This document shows, piece by piece, positions 27,019 to 37,165 of a stretch of DNA of 64,000 nucleotides. The position numbers and the translations under genes are program-made. Source of the stretch: Candidatus Krumholzibacteriota bacterium. Lineage in GTDB: Bacteria > Krumholzibacteriota > Krumholzibacteriia > JAJRXK01. The DNA lies in contig CAVXTH010000005.1 of NCBI GenBank assembly GCA_963764625.1, positions 384,001-448,000 on the forward strand, read 5' to 3'. The first letter of the stretch is position 1. Each line of letters opens with the position of its first letter. The notes under the pieces are model-generated. The model saw only the letters and a program-made list of their open reading frames with translations, searched no databases and was not told the DNA's origin.

Positions 27019-29535
27019 ATGCGCCACAGAGTCGCCTTCACGCTTCTGACCCTCGGATGGATGACTCTGCTTCTCGGGATGGCAAAGCTCGCGCCCGCGG
27101 CGGATGCGGGGGCCCGCCCTCTCGACACCGTGGTCGGCGCGAAGCTCCGCTTTCTGCAAAACCAAAGAGAACTCGGCAAGGCGCCCCTGGCAGCGGATCC
27201 GCTGCTTGGGGTCACGATTCGTCTGGAATGGCCTCCCACGAGCGCCCTTCTCGGCGAGCTTCAGCGCGAAGGCGCAGTGTTCTATCCGGCACCGGCCGCC
27301 TCCGTCACTCCCGATGCGGGCGTCGCGCGAGGGCCGAACGGTTTGATCTTGGGCGGCCGAACTGTGTTTCCGGCGCGGGTCAGACTCTCTCAGCTCGAGC
27401 GGCTCAGCGCGGTGGCGGGTGTGCTGCGGGTGGAGACGGCCTGGACGCCAAGGCGCGTGCCACCTTTGTACGAGACCCGAACTCTGTCCGGAGTCGACGG
27501 AGCCTGGACCACGCTGGATCCCAACGGGGCCTTTCTCGACGGAAGCGGAGTGCTCTTGGCCGATCTCGATACGGGCATCGATCTGCGCCACCCCGACTTC
27601 TGGCACGGAGACGGCGGCGTCTACTCCTGGATCGACCAGGACCAGAGCGGAGATCTGAACCCGGGGGACGCGGTCGACGTGAATCACAACGGGATCGCGG
27701 ACCCCGGCGAGACTCTCGCCTGGTGGATCGCCCCGGGAAACGCTCCGGGTCTGGACAGCAGTTTCCAGCTGCAGATCGACCACCTCTACCAGGACCTCAA
27801 CGGGAACGGTATGCGCGACTTCGGCGCACCGGCCTTCAGCGACAGCGATCCCTGTTTCGGCGAACCTCTGTTTCGCGCCAACGACGAAAATGCGGATGGA
27901 ATTCTTCAGGTGGGCGAGACCCTGACCATGCTCTCGACCTGTAAGGTGAAAGCGGTGTGGGAACGAGACGACACGGTCCGGACTCTGGGCGTCGATCTCA
28001 TCCAAAATGAGGGGGACACCTTCGGGCACGGAACCAACGTGGGCAGCATCCTGCTCGGAGGCACAAAGGGACGCGTGTACGCAGGCTTCGCGCCCGGCGC
28101 CGATCTCATCAACGCCAATCTGGATTATTTCCCCGAGCATCCCTTCGTCACTCCCCTGGACGTACGCATGGCGTGGGCCGCAGCTCTGGGAGCGGACATC
28201 TTCGTCTATGAGGATGGAGAGTGGATCTGGGAATTTCTCGACGGCTCTTCCAACGTCGAAGTTCTTTTGAACGAACTCGCGGCGGAGGGCAGCATCCACG
28301 TGGCGGCGGCGGGGAACCTCGCTGCGGGAAACATGCACTGGGAAGGCGAGCTGGGGGACGCGATCGGGGATAGCGTCGAAACTTTCCTTGGGGTCAGCTC
28401 GCCCACGGGAACAGACGTGGGAGTGGTATGGGGCGATTTCTACTATCTCGATCCTTCGAGCGATGCGATCGAATTCTCCTGCCAAGCTCCTTCGGGACCA
28501 CCGGTATCACTCGGAGGAACGGGAAGCACCACCAACTCGGGGAATTTCAGCATCTACACCGCCGAGGATCTCAGCCCACGGGGAACCCGCCGGGTGGACT
28601 TCCGCCTGGAAGCCATCGTGAAGGGATCCGCCGGCACCCGGGCCCTGGACGGCACCTGGCGCTTCGTGGCACGACGCGTGAGCGCGGCGGCGTCGACTTC
28701 CGTTGATGGACAAACAGGGAAGAGAGAGCTCGTACAGACCACGCGCCTGAATGCCATGAGCTGGGACAACCTCTCGGGATGGTTCGGACGCGCCACCTGG
28801 CAGAACCCCGTGATCACTGGCACCGTCACCTGGCCCGGGACCGCGGATTCGGCGATCACCGTCGCGGCCTACAGTCCTCAGAATGGAGACATCAACTCGT
28901 TCAGCGGAAGGGGAAAGCGCGTCGATGGCGTCTCCCTCGTCGATTTGGCTGCCCCGGGCAGCACCACCTTTACCGGACAACGCTATCAGAGCTCGGGCGG
29001 TGTGGCGGGAGGTTACGGTTCTTTCGGCGGCACCAGCGCGGCCACTCCGCACGTGGCGGGCGCCGCCGCTCTGCTCAAGCAGTGGGATCCCAGCCTCGGA
29101 TCGGGGGAGATGCGTGCACTGCTGCGCGGCGGAGCCACCCTCGATGCCTTCACTGGCCCCGCGCCCAACGACACCTGGGGCGCGGGCAAGTTGAACGTCT
29201 ACGGCAGCATTCTCTCTTCGGCCACGTCGACTCCCGCGGCCACGCCCGCCGCCCGGCGGGAACCGGTCGTGCGGGCGAACGTACCAAACCCTTTCAACCC
29301 CTCGACCCTGATCCGCTACGAGCTTCCGGTGGCGGGACAGGTGCAAGTCGACATCCTCGACCTCAAAGGCCGAAGAATCGTCGTGCTCCACGAGGGATTG
29401 CAGACGGCCGGTTCCCAAGAGCTTCGCTGGGACGGACGCGATGCGAGCGGAGGTCAGGTGGCCAGCGGCATCTACCTGGTGCGCGTGCGCGAAGACGGTC
29501 GCGAGGCGGCCCGCAAGGTCACGCTTCTGAAATGA
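27019..29535 (+). CDS. Secreted S8 (subtilisin-like) peptidase with FlgD-Ig/T9SS-like C-terminal domain
   Basis: Triad motifs DLDTGID, GHGTNV and GTSAATPHVAG; AAGN oxyanion motif; signal peptide; PNPFNP...WDGRD...VTLLK. Confidence 0.9.
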   Translation: MRHRVAFTLLTLGWMTLLLGMAKLAPAADAGARPLDTVVGAKLRFLQNQRELGKAPLAADPLLGVTIRLEWPPTSALLGELQREGAVFYPAPAASVTPDAGVARGPNGLILGGRTVFPARVRLSQLERLSAVAGVLRVETAWTPRRVPPLYETRTLSGVDGAWTTLDPNGAFLDGSGVLLADLDTGIDLRHPDFWHGDGGVYSWIDQDQSGDLNPGDAVDVNHNGIADPGETLAWWIAPGNAPGLDSSFQLQIDHLYQDLNGNGMRDFGAPAFSDSDPCFGEPLFRANDENADGILQVGETLTMLSTCKVKAVWERDDTVRTLGVDLIQNEGDTFGHGTNVGSILLGGTKGRVYAGFAPGADLINANLDYFPEHPFVTPLDVRMAWAAALGADIFVYEDGEWIWEFLDGSSNVEVLLNELAAEGSIHVAAAGNLAAGNMHWEGELGDAIGDSVETFLGVSSPTGTDVGVVWGDFYYLDPSSDAIEFSCQAPSGPPVSLGGTGSTTNSGNFSIYTAEDLSPRGTRRVDFRLEAIVKGSAGTRALDGTWRFVARRVSAAASTSVDGQTGKRELVQTTRLNAMSWDNLSGWFGRATWQNPVITGTVTWPGTADSAITVAAYSPQNGDINSFSGRGKRVDGVSLVDLAAPGSTTFTGQRYQSSGGVAGGYGSFGGTSAATPHVAGAAALLKQWDPSLGSGEMRALLRGGATLDAFTGPAPNDTWGAGKLNVYGSILSSATSTPAATPAARREPVVRANVPNPFNPSTLIRYELPVAGQVQVDILDLKGRRIVVLHEGLQTAGSQELRWDGRDASGGQVASGIYLVRVREDGREAARKVTLLK

Positions 29536-29573
29536 CGGGAACTCGATTGAGGTCTGGACCTCGGCCGCTTCCC

Positions 29574-29582
29574 TGGTACACT
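29574..29582 (+). promoter_or_regulatory. Putative extended -10 (TGgTACACT) for the STAS gene
   Basis: TGn-TAnnnT 35 nt upstream of ATG 29617. Confidence 0.4.
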
Positions 29583-29616
29583 CTCAATTCACTGAATCGG
29601 CGAAGGAAGAGCGAGC

Positions 29617-29970
29617 ATGCAAATCAAACAGCGTCGCGCCGGCGAGGTCTCCATTCTCGAACTCTCGCCGGCCCACACGGGCGACTACTCGAACGAACTG
29701 TTCCGCCCTCAGATCGAGAGCGTGTTGGCCGAAGGGACCAAGTGCATCCTCTTCGACCTCTCCCGCATGACCTGGATCAATAGCACCCAACTCGGGTTAC
29801 TCATTTTCGCGCATCGTCTGATGGATGAGCAAAAAGGGAAGCTGGCCCTCACCGGAGCCAACGCTCGAATCCGGGATCTCATGAAAGTAGTGGGGGTCCT
29901 CGGGTCGTGGAACGTCTACGAGAACGAAGAAGCCGCGTTGGACTTCTTGCGCCAGGATCAGAGCGCCTGA
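29617..29970 (+). CDS. STAS-domain anti-sigma factor antagonist
   Basis: 117 aa; FDLSRMTWINSTQLGLL phospho-Ser region; VYENEEAAL tail. Confidence 0.85.
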   Translation: MQIKQRRAGEVSILELSPAHTGDYSNELFRPQIESVLAEGTKCILFDLSRMTWINSTQLGLLIFAHRLMDEQKGKLALTGANARIRDLMKVVGVLGSWNVYENEEAALDFLRQDQSA

Positions 29971-29989
29971 GCGAGAGTCGAGTCCGCGA

Positions 29990-30466
29990 TCACTTGATCA
30001 ATTTTCGCAGTTTGGCCGCGACGCGCTTGCCCAATTGTTCGTCCATGGTCGCGACGATGCTTCTCACCAGTTGAAGTCCGTCCTGCTCCCCCGCCCAGTG
30101 TTCGAGGATGACGTCTTCCCCTACGCTATCCACCAACTTGTCGATCGCCAGCGCCGCGAACGCCACGTCGTCGATGAAGCCCAAAGGACCGAAGATCGCC
30201 TCGGGGATGAGATCGATAGGAGAGATGAAGTACCCGATGACCAAGCCCATGGTGAGTTTGCCTTGCGCCGGGGTGCGGCGATCGGTCAAGAGCTTGCAAC
30301 ACAGATGAAAGAGATCGGGCGCCGCGAGTACGAAAGAGGCGGCTTTATTCGTCTTGAGATCGCGCCCGGCCGCCCACTCGCTCACCCGCGCGCGTAGTTT
30401 CTGATAGAAGTCGCGCCGTTGTGTCTCGCTGGGAATCTCTGTTCCTTCGGCGTCATGATCCGCCAT
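29990..30466 (-). CDS. DUF1232 (YkvA) family protein
   Basis: YFISPIDLIPEAIFGPLGFIDD signature. Confidence 0.88.
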   Translation of the reverse strand: MADHDAEGTEIPSETQRRDFYQKLRARVSEWAAGRDLKTNKAASFVLAAPDLFHLCCKLLTDRRTPAQGKLTMGLVIGYFISPIDLIPEAIFGPLGFIDDVAFAALAIDKLVDSVGEDVILEHWAGEQDGLQLVRSIVATMDEQLGKRVAAKLRKLIK

Positions 30467-30487
30467 GCGTTCCTCGTCTCTCTCGCT

Positions 30488-31129
30488 TCAAACCAGATCG
30501 GACGGCGGTTTGGGCGCCTCGTCCTCTCCCCAACGAGATTGGAGCTCGCAGGGAATCTCGAGCCGGTCGCAGATGCGTTGAACCACGAAATCGACCAGAT
30601 CCCCGATCTCGCGAGGGCGCTGATAGAAGCCGGGCGAGGCGGGCATGACGGTGGCCCCGGCGCGCGCGAGTTGCCGCATGTTCTCCAGGTGAATCAGACT
30701 GAGCGGCGTCTCGCGTACCAGAAGCAAAAGAGGTCGTTTCTCTTTGAGCATCACGTCGGCGGCCCGAGCGGCGAGGCCGTCGCTGGTTCCCGCCGCGATA
30801 CGGCCCAAAGTACCGGTGGAGCAAGGCACGATGGCCATGCCCCGGTAGCGCGCGCTTCCACTGGCCATGGGAGCATTGAAATCGTCCTTCGCAAAACGGT
30901 GAATCCGTCCGCGACTCCCGGAAGAGAGTTGCCCCAGAGTATCCTCCAGGGTTTGACCCAATTCGAGACGACACACGCTGTCGGCGTTCGGGGAACACAC
31001 CAGATGCACGTCGATGTTCTGCTTCAACACCACTTCGAGAAGCCGTCGCCAATAGGGAGCACCACTCGCGCCAGTGATGGCCAGAGCCAAGGGGAGTTCG
31101 CACACCGATTGTTCCATCCTCGCCACCAA
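30488..31129 (-). CDS. ubiX: Flavin prenyltransferase UbiX
   Basis: AITGASG, ASGS, PCSTGTL, RAADVMLKEKR, RETPL, PASPGFY. Confidence 0.93.
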   Translation of the reverse strand: MVARMEQSVCELPLALAITGASGAPYWRRLLEVVLKQNIDVHLVCSPNADSVCRLELGQTLEDTLGQLSSGSRGRIHRFAKDDFNAPMASGSARYRGMAIVPCSTGTLGRIAAGTSDGLAARAADVMLKEKRPLLLLVRETPLSLIHLENMRQLARAGATVMPASPGFYQRPREIGDLVDFVVQRICDRLEIPCELQSRWGEDEAPKPPSDLV

Positions 31130-31136
31130 GTGCTCC

Positions 31137-32441
31137 TTAGGAATCGATTTGCTCGGCCAAAAGAGCGAAGCTCTTCTCGGCCACGTCGAGAGTCTTCGCG
31201 ATTTCGGCTTCGCCGTGGGCGAGGCTCAAGAACCACGCTTCATAGGGCGAAGGCGCCAGGTAGACGCCGTGCTCCAACATGGCCGCATGGAAACGATAGA
31301 AACGATCTCCGGCCGCTGCCTGCGCATCGGCGAAATTGCGTACCGGCGAAGCACTGAAGTACATCCCCGCCATGCTGCCGACGTGGGGGGTCTGGATTTG
31401 AAGTCCATGCTTCGCGGCCCGCTCGCGCAGGCCCGTGGTGAGCTTCTCGGTCATGGCGGAGAGCTTCGTGAAGTTCTTCGGATCGCGAAACAGCACTTCC
31501 AGGGTCTTCAATCCCGCGCTCACGGCCAAAGGGTTCCCGCTGAGTGTGCCGGCTTGGTAGATGGGACCGCTGGGACTCACCGCTTTCATATATTCGCGCT
31601 TTCCGCCGTAGGCGCCCACCGGAAGACCGCCCCCGATGACCTTGCCCAGAGTGGTGAGATCGGGTTCGACCTTGAAGTAGCCTTGCGCGCAGGCAGGCCC
31701 CACGCGAAAGCCAGTCATGACTTCGTCGAAGATGAGGAGCGCTCCACTCTGGTCGCAGAGGCTCCGCAGACCCTCGAGGAATCCCGGTTCGGGCAGAACA
31801 CAGCCCATGTTTCCCGCCACCGGCTCCACGATGATGGCCGCGATCTCATCTTCGCTCTTGGCGAAGATCTCCTGCGCCTCCTCCAGGTCGTTGTAGGCGC
31901 AGGTGAGGGTATCCTGGGCGGCTCCCCTGGGCACGCCGGGTGAGCTGGGCGTGCCGAAGGTTGCCAAACCACTTCCGGCGGAAATGAGAAAGCTGTCGCC
32001 GTGCCCGTGGTAGCAACCTACGAACTTGAGAAACTTGTCCCGGTGCGTCAGGCCGCGCGCCAACCGTACCGCACTCATGGTGGCTTCGGTGCCACTGCTG
32101 ACCAGACGCACCATCTCGATGGAGGGAAGAAGAGCGCAGATTCTCTCGGCCAGCTCGACTTCGAGGGCAGTGGGAGCCCCGAAGCTCGTGCCCCTCTCCG
32201 CGGTCTGCCGCAGTGCCTCGAGCACTTCCGGATGCGCGTGTCCCAGGATGAGCGGGCCCCAGCTGCAGATGTAATCGATGAAGCGATTGCCGTCTTCATC
32301 GTACATGTAGGCGCCTTTGCCCTTCGTGATGAACGGCGTATCGCAGTGGGCCGAGGCGAAGGCCCGCACCGGAGAGTTCACGCCCCCAGGAATAACCTTG
32401 GCCGCGCGCGCGAGGAGCTCGCGGCTGAGGGATTGATCCAT
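31137..32441 (-). CDS. hemL: Glutamate-1-semialdehyde 2,1-aminomutase
   Basis: IPGGVNSPVRAF, SWGPLILGH, SGTEATM, FDEVMTGFR, LGKVIGGGLP, YQAGTLSGNP. Confidence 0.96.
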   Translation of the reverse strand: MDQSLSRELLARAAKVIPGGVNSPVRAFASAHCDTPFITKGKGAYMYDEDGNRFIDYICSWGPLILGHAHPEVLEALRQTAERGTSFGAPTALEVELAERICALLPSIEMVRLVSSGTEATMSAVRLARGLTHRDKFLKFVGCYHGHGDSFLISAGSGLATFGTPSSPGVPRGAAQDTLTCAYNDLEEAQEIFAKSEDEIAAIIVEPVAGNMGCVLPEPGFLEGLRSLCDQSGALLIFDEVMTGFRVGPACAQGYFKVEPDLTTLGKVIGGGLPVGAYGGKREYMKAVSPSGPIYQAGTLSGNPLAVSAGLKTLEVLFRDPKNFTKLSAMTEKLTTGLRERAAKHGLQIQTPHVGSMAGMYFSASPVRNFADAQAAAGDRFYRFHAAMLEHGVYLAPSPYEAWFLSLAHGEAEIAKTLDVAEKSFALLAEQIDS

Positions 32442-32445
32442 GACC

Positions 32446-33420
32446 CTATTCCTTCCGCAGAATCTTCGCGGCTTCGATCGCCGCGTAGGTGAGAATGAGA
32501 TCGGCTCCGGCGCGAACAAAGCTGGTCAGAGTCTCCATCAACACCGTGTCGTAATCGATCCACCCGTTTTGCGCGGCCGCCTTTAGCATCGCGTACTCCC
32601 CGCTGACGTGGTAGACGGCGGTGGGCATCTCGAAGCGATCCTTCACGCGACTGAGAATATCCAGGTAGGGCAGACCCGGTTTGACCATGACGATGTCGGC
32701 TCCCTCGGCGATGTCCAGCTCGACTTCCCTCAACGCCTCGCGCCCGTTCGCGGGGTCCATCTGGTAGCTCTTGCGGTCTCCGAACTGGGGTGGGCTTTCC
32801 GCCGCGTCGCGGAACGGGCCGTAGTAGCCACTGGCGAACTTCGCCGCATAGGCCATGATGGGAATGTGCCCGAATCCCTCGTCGTCCAAGAGCTCGCGAA
32901 TGACTCCGACGCGCCCATCCATCATATCGCTGGGCGCCACCATGTCGGCGCCGGCTCTCGCGTGACTCAAGGCCTCTTTCGCCAAGAGCTCGAGGGTCTT
33001 GTCGTTGTCGACGTCCCCGTCGACGATCACTCCACAGTGTCCGTGATCGGTGTACTCGCACATGCAGACATCGGTGATTACCGTCATCTCGGGCAAGCGT
33101 TCCTTCAGCGCTTGCACCGCCTGCTGGATGATTCCGTCCTCGGCGTAGGCTTCGCTCCCCACCGCGTCCTTGTGGCTGGGGATGCCGAAGAGAATGGTCG
33201 AGGCCACCCCCAGGTCGGCCGCCTGCGACAATTTCTCCAGCAGCTTGTCGATCGAGAGCTGGCTCTGTCCCGGCATCGATTTGATGGGCCGATCGATTCC
33301 CTCTCCCGGCACCACGAATACGGGATAGATGAGCTGCTCGACCCGAAGATGGGTTTCGCGGACCATGGCTCGAAGTTGGGGGGTGCGTCGCAGCCGGCGC
33401 ATGCGTTGTTCGGGAAACAT
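32446..33420 (-). CDS. hemB: Porphobilinogen synthase (Zn-type)
   Basis: [47 protein letters not shown]. Confidence 0.96.
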   Translation of the reverse strand: MFPEQRMRRLRRTPQLRAMVRETHLRVEQLIYPVFVVPGEGIDRPIKSMPGQSQLSIDKLLEKLSQAADLGVASTILFGIPSHKDAVGSEAYAEDGIIQQAVQALKERLPEMTVITDVCMCEYTDHGHCGVIVDGDVDNDKTLELLAKEALSHARAGADMVAPSDMMDGRVGVIRELLDDEGFGHIPIMAYAAKFASGYYGPFRDAAESPPQFGDRKSYQMDPANGREALREVELDIAEGADIVMVKPGLPYLDILSRVKDRFEMPTAVYHVSGEYAMLKAAAQNGWIDYDTVLMETLTSFVRAGADLILTYAAIEAAKILRKE

Positions 33421-33456
33421 CTGCACTCCTTCTATCGTTGGCCGGGCCGCACACGC

Positions 33457-34476
33457 TCAGCGCGCGTTGCCCGCGCTCTCCTTGGCGGCGCGCACGATGG
33501 CCGCACCGCCCTGTGAAAGTAGATCCGCCGCCACCGCGTGGCCCAGTTCGTGGGCGAGCCGAAGCACCGAGTTCGCGTCTCGCTTCGCAGGGGAGCTGGA
33601 CGCAGCGCGTTTCTCCGCGCTCAACATGGAGCTTCCATCGGGCTTGCCCAGACGCGCCCTGAGCCAGAGCTCTCCATCTTCCTCCACGCAGAATCCGGCC
33701 AGAGGCACCACGCAGCCGCCCGCCACCCCTTCGAGCAGGGCCCGCTCCGCGGTGGCGCGCGTTTGGCTCGAGAGATCGTTCAGCGGCGCCACCAACGCGA
33801 CCGCCGGGTCGTTCGCGCGGACTTCCAGACCCAAGATTCCCTGCCCCACGGCGGGAAGCAAGATTTCCGGTTCCAACAGACCGCTCACCCGGTCGAGCCA
33901 ACCCATGCGCTTCACCCCTGCCACCGCCAGCACCATGGCATCGAATTGACCCTCTTCGAATTTCCGCCAGCGCGTATTCACGTTGCCGCGCAAATCCACC
34001 ATCTTCAGATCGGGGCGATGATGCAGGAGCTGACTGCGGCGACGCAGACTCCCCGTCGCCACGCGGGTGCCCTCCGGGAGATCGTCCAGGGACACTCCCT
34101 CGCGATGGAACCAGGCATCCCGTGGATCCTCGCGTGGGGAGCAGGCCGCCAGGGTGCAGCCCTCGGCCAGCAGGGCCGGCACGTCCTTGAGCGAATGCAC
34201 CGCCACGTCGATTACACCGGCGAGCAATTTCTGTTCGAGAGTGTGCGTGAAGAGACCGATCTCTCCGATGCGTGAGAGCGGAGTCGAGAGATCCTGGTCG
34301 CCCTTGGTCGAGACTTCCACGATCTCCACCTCTATCGTGGGCCAGGCCTCGCGCAGGCGGTCGCGCGTCCAACGCGCCTGCCAGAGCGCCAGTTCGCTTC
34401 CCCGGGTCCCGAGCCGAACCGAATGCATCGGCGGTTTTTCGGGATCGCGATGCGAGCTCGTTTGCGAATTCAGCAT
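33457..34476 (-). CDS. hemC: Hydroxymethylbilane synthase
   Basis: GTRGSELALWQ, AVHSLKD, SLRRRSQ, LRGNVNTR, PAVGQG, GGC..P. Confidence 0.95.
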   Translation of the reverse strand: MLNSQTSSHRDPEKPPMHSVRLGTRGSELALWQARWTRDRLREAWPTIEVEIVEVSTKGDQDLSTPLSRIGEIGLFTHTLEQKLLAGVIDVAVHSLKDVPALLAEGCTLAACSPREDPRDAWFHREGVSLDDLPEGTRVATGSLRRRSQLLHHRPDLKMVDLRGNVNTRWRKFEEGQFDAMVLAVAGVKRMGWLDRVSGLLEPEILLPAVGQGILGLEVRANDPAVALVAPLNDLSSQTRATAERALLEGVAGGCVVPLAGFCVEEDGELWLRARLGKPDGSSMLSAEKRAASSSPAKRDANSVLRLAHELGHAVAADLLSQGGAAIVRAAKESAGNAR

Positions 34477-35918
34477 GGAGCCTCCTCGAGTCCGGGAGTC
34501 GCGAGCAGGTATTCGGTCACCTCACGGCCGATCTCTTCGGAATGAGCCACGCAGGAATTGAACGCGATGCCACAGATGCTGTTTCCCGTGAGGAAGATCC
34601 CGCGATGATCCGCGAGGGCCTCGCGAGCGCTCGCGATCCGCTGCAGATGTCCCAACTCGTACTGCGGGATGCCCTCGTTCCAGCGAAAGTTCCGTCGAAA
34701 GCCGGGCTCACCCTGGATCCGCAAGAGCGGGGAAATCTCGCGCTGGACGAGCTGGCGCAATTCCTCGTCCCCGAGCTCGTTGGCCTGCGGGTCGTGACGT
34801 CCGCCCACCATGGCACGGAGGAGCACGTGGTCCCCCGGTGCGTGCCCTGCAAAGGTCGCGTGAATGTACAGCACCCCCAGGGTACGCAGCCCCTCGCCGC
34901 GGGGAATGAGCGCCCCGAAGCCCCGCACGTCCCCCCGAACTTGCGCTCGCTCGTAACCCAAACAGACAACGTGGACTCCCGCCAGGGGAACCTGAGAAAG
35001 GGGATCCGCGGCGGCCGGAACCAGGGAATTCAGAATCTCCGCCATGCCCGGAGCGGGCAGCGCCAGAACCAGTGCCTCCGCGTCCAGGGTGGACGCTTCG
35101 CCCAAGGAGTTCTCCAGAAAGACACGGTAGCCTCGGCCGTGGGCCTCGACGCGGGTGGCGCGGGTCGCGAGTCGCAGATCCTGCTCGCGCAGACTGCGGG
35201 TGAGCGCCTCGATGGGCACTGCCATGCCCTCGTCGAAGGAGTGCAGAATGCCGCCGGGACCCGCCTCGACTCTGCGCGTTGTGCCGGTGGCCTTGGCCTG
35301 CCGCTTCGCCTCCTTGCGCTTTTGGAACATGCCGCGAAAGAGCCCGCCGTACTCGCGCTCCAGGGTGGCGATTTTGGGGAAGGCGGCCGGAAGCGAAAGG
35401 CGGGAGATGTCACCGGCGTGAATTCCGCTGACCATGGAATCGAGCATGACCTCGGTGAACTCACGGCCCAGACGTCGCTCGCCGAACGCCCGGACCGATT
35501 CGTCGTCGTCTGTGAGACGCGGAGAACGAAAGTACTCGCCTGCCATCGAGAGCTTTCCCCTGAAGGAGAGCAAAGGCGAGGCAAGGAACTTCAAGGGGTT
35601 CATCGAGAGTTCGTGGAAACGGTGGTTGCGATAGATGAAGCGGCGCGCCGCCGAATCCTCGCTGGGCAGGAGCCGATCGCGCAGGCCGAGATCGTCCACC
35701 AGGCGCAGCGTCGCGGGCTCGTTGTCCAGGAATCCCTGCGGTCCGGCTTCGCACACGTAACCCTCGGTGCGCTCGCTCTGGACCTTTCCGCCCATGGTCG
35801 TACCCGCCTCCACCACCACCAGTGAGAGCGGCAGATCCGACTCACTCGCCTCCTGACGAATGCGATAGGCGCTCGCCAGCCCTGAGATGCCCCCACCCAC
35901 TACCACGACACGCTTCAT
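34470..35918 (-). CDS. hemY: Protoporphyrinogen/coproporphyrinogen oxidase (HemY-type)
   Basis: VVVVGGGISGL, GGKV, EAGPQGF, SGIHAGD, GFGALIP, IPQYELGH. Confidence 0.9.
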   Translation of the reverse strand: MKRVVVVGGGISGLASAYRIRQEASESDLPLSLVVVEAGTTMGGKVQSERTEGYVCEAGPQGFLDNEPATLRLVDDLGLRDRLLPSEDSAARRFIYRNHRFHELSMNPLKFLASPLLSFRGKLSMAGEYFRSPRLTDDDESVRAFGERRLGREFTEVMLDSMVSGIHAGDISRLSLPAAFPKIATLEREYGGLFRGMFQKRKEAKRQAKATGTTRRVEAGPGGILHSFDEGMAVPIEALTRSLREQDLRLATRATRVEAHGRGYRVFLENSLGEASTLDAEALVLALPAPGMAEILNSLVPAAADPLSQVPLAGVHVVCLGYERAQVRGDVRGFGALIPRGEGLRTLGVLYIHATFAGHAPGDHVLLRAMVGGRHDPQANELGDEELRQLVQREISPLLRIQGEPGFRRNFRWNEGIPQYELGHLQRIASAREALADHRGIFLTGNSICGIAFNSCVAHSEEIGREVTEYLLATPGLEEAPC

Positions 35919-35976
35919 GCGGAAAATCTCCAAAGGAAGTCGCGGGGAATCGTCCTCTTCCCCGACATGACTCGCG

Positions 35977-37032
35977 TCATGCGCGCCACTCTTGGATCGT
36001 GGTGACGAAGGACGCGACTGAATCGAGGGGAGTTTCGGGGATGACGCCATGGCCCAAATTCGCGATGTACCCGCGGCGGCCGCGCATTGCATCGAGCATC
36101 CTCTTCGTGCGCTCGGCCACGAATTCGGGCGGCCCCAAGAGCACCAGAGGATCGAGGTTTCCCTGGAGCACGATCTCCGCGCTCACGCGCGCGCGCAGCT
36201 CGGCGGGCTCCACCCGCCAATCCACCGAGATCGCGTCCGCTCCGGCCGTGGCCTGCGCCTCGATCAACGATGCCCCGCCGTTCAGGTAGTAGATGCAACG
36301 TCCCTGGGCGGCGTGAATCTTGGCTGCGACTCTCTTGGCGTAGGGCAGAGCCCACTGCTCGTAGTCGCTGGGGGAGAGCAACCCGGCCCAGGTGTCGAAG
36401 AACTGCACCGCATCGGCCCCGCTTGCGAGCTGCTGGACCAGGTAGTCACCGATCTGTTCGGCCAGAAGCTCCAGCACTCTCCGCGCAGTCTTGGGGTGAT
36501 GCCACAGGAAGGCCTTGGTGCGCGGGTAGAGCCGGCTGGTCTCCCCTTCGACCAGGTAGGCCAAGAGAGTGAAGGGCGCACCCGCGAAACCCAAAAGGGC
36601 CTTCGAGGGATCGAGGGAGGAGCGGGTCGCCTTCAACGCCGCGTGAATCCAGGGCAGCTCGTCCTTTGCATCGACCAGATGCAGCCGCTCGAAGCTCTCC
36701 TCGCTGTCGAAGCGCTCGGCCAGCTTGGGTCCGCCCTCCCCGAAGCGAAAGTCGGCCCCCATGGCGATGAGGGGAAAGAGGATGTCGCTGAAGATGATCG
36801 CCGCGTCGAAGTCGTAGCGCTCAATGGGCTGCAGGCTCACCTCACGGCCCAGCTCGGTGTCGCGGCAGAGGTCGAGGAAGCTGGCCTTACGCCTAACCTC
36901 CCTGTATTCGGGAAGATAGCGGCCTGCCTGGCGCATCATCCAGACTGGAGGACGGACCGTTTCCTCCCGGCGCAGGGCCTTCAGGAAGAGCGCATCTTGG
37001 CTCGCCCGGGTGGGGGGGCTGCTCTGGGACAT
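35977..37032 (-). CDS. hemE: Uroporphyrinogen decarboxylase
   Basis: PVWMMRQAGRYLPEY, IIFSDIL, GFAGAPFTL, QGNLDP, NLGHG. Confidence 0.96.
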   Translation of the reverse strand: MSQSSPPTRASQDALFLKALRREETVRPPVWMMRQAGRYLPEYREVRRKASFLDLCRDTELGREVSLQPIERYDFDAAIIFSDILFPLIAMGADFRFGEGGPKLAERFDSEESFERLHLVDAKDELPWIHAALKATRSSLDPSKALLGFAGAPFTLLAYLVEGETSRLYPRTKAFLWHHPKTARRVLELLAEQIGDYLVQQLASGADAVQFFDTWAGLLSPSDYEQWALPYAKRVAAKIHAAQGRCIYYLNGGASLIEAQATAGADAISVDWRVEPAELRARVSAEIVLQGNLDPLVLLGPPEFVAERTKRMLDAMRGRRGYIANLGHGVIPETPLDSVASFVTTIQEWRA

Positions 37033-37125
37033 GACACGCCTTCCGTGGAGGGAGGGGGAACGGAAGAGCAAGCTTAGGCGGCGGTCGCATCGTGGGCAAG
37101 GCGGCACCGGGCGAAAGCTCGATTG

Positions 37126-37134
37126 TGGTATAGT
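37126..37134 (+). promoter_or_regulatory. Putative extended -10 (TGgTATAGT)
   Basis: Near-consensus, ~30 nt upstream of ATG 37166. Confidence 0.5.
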
Positions 37135-37165
37135 TCCACGCATCGCACCCCTTGAAAGGACTCCC

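Noticed and set aside
32378-34372. 664-aa alternative-frame ORF over hemC/hemB
   Set aside because: Arg/Gly-rich off-frame translation of recognised genes.
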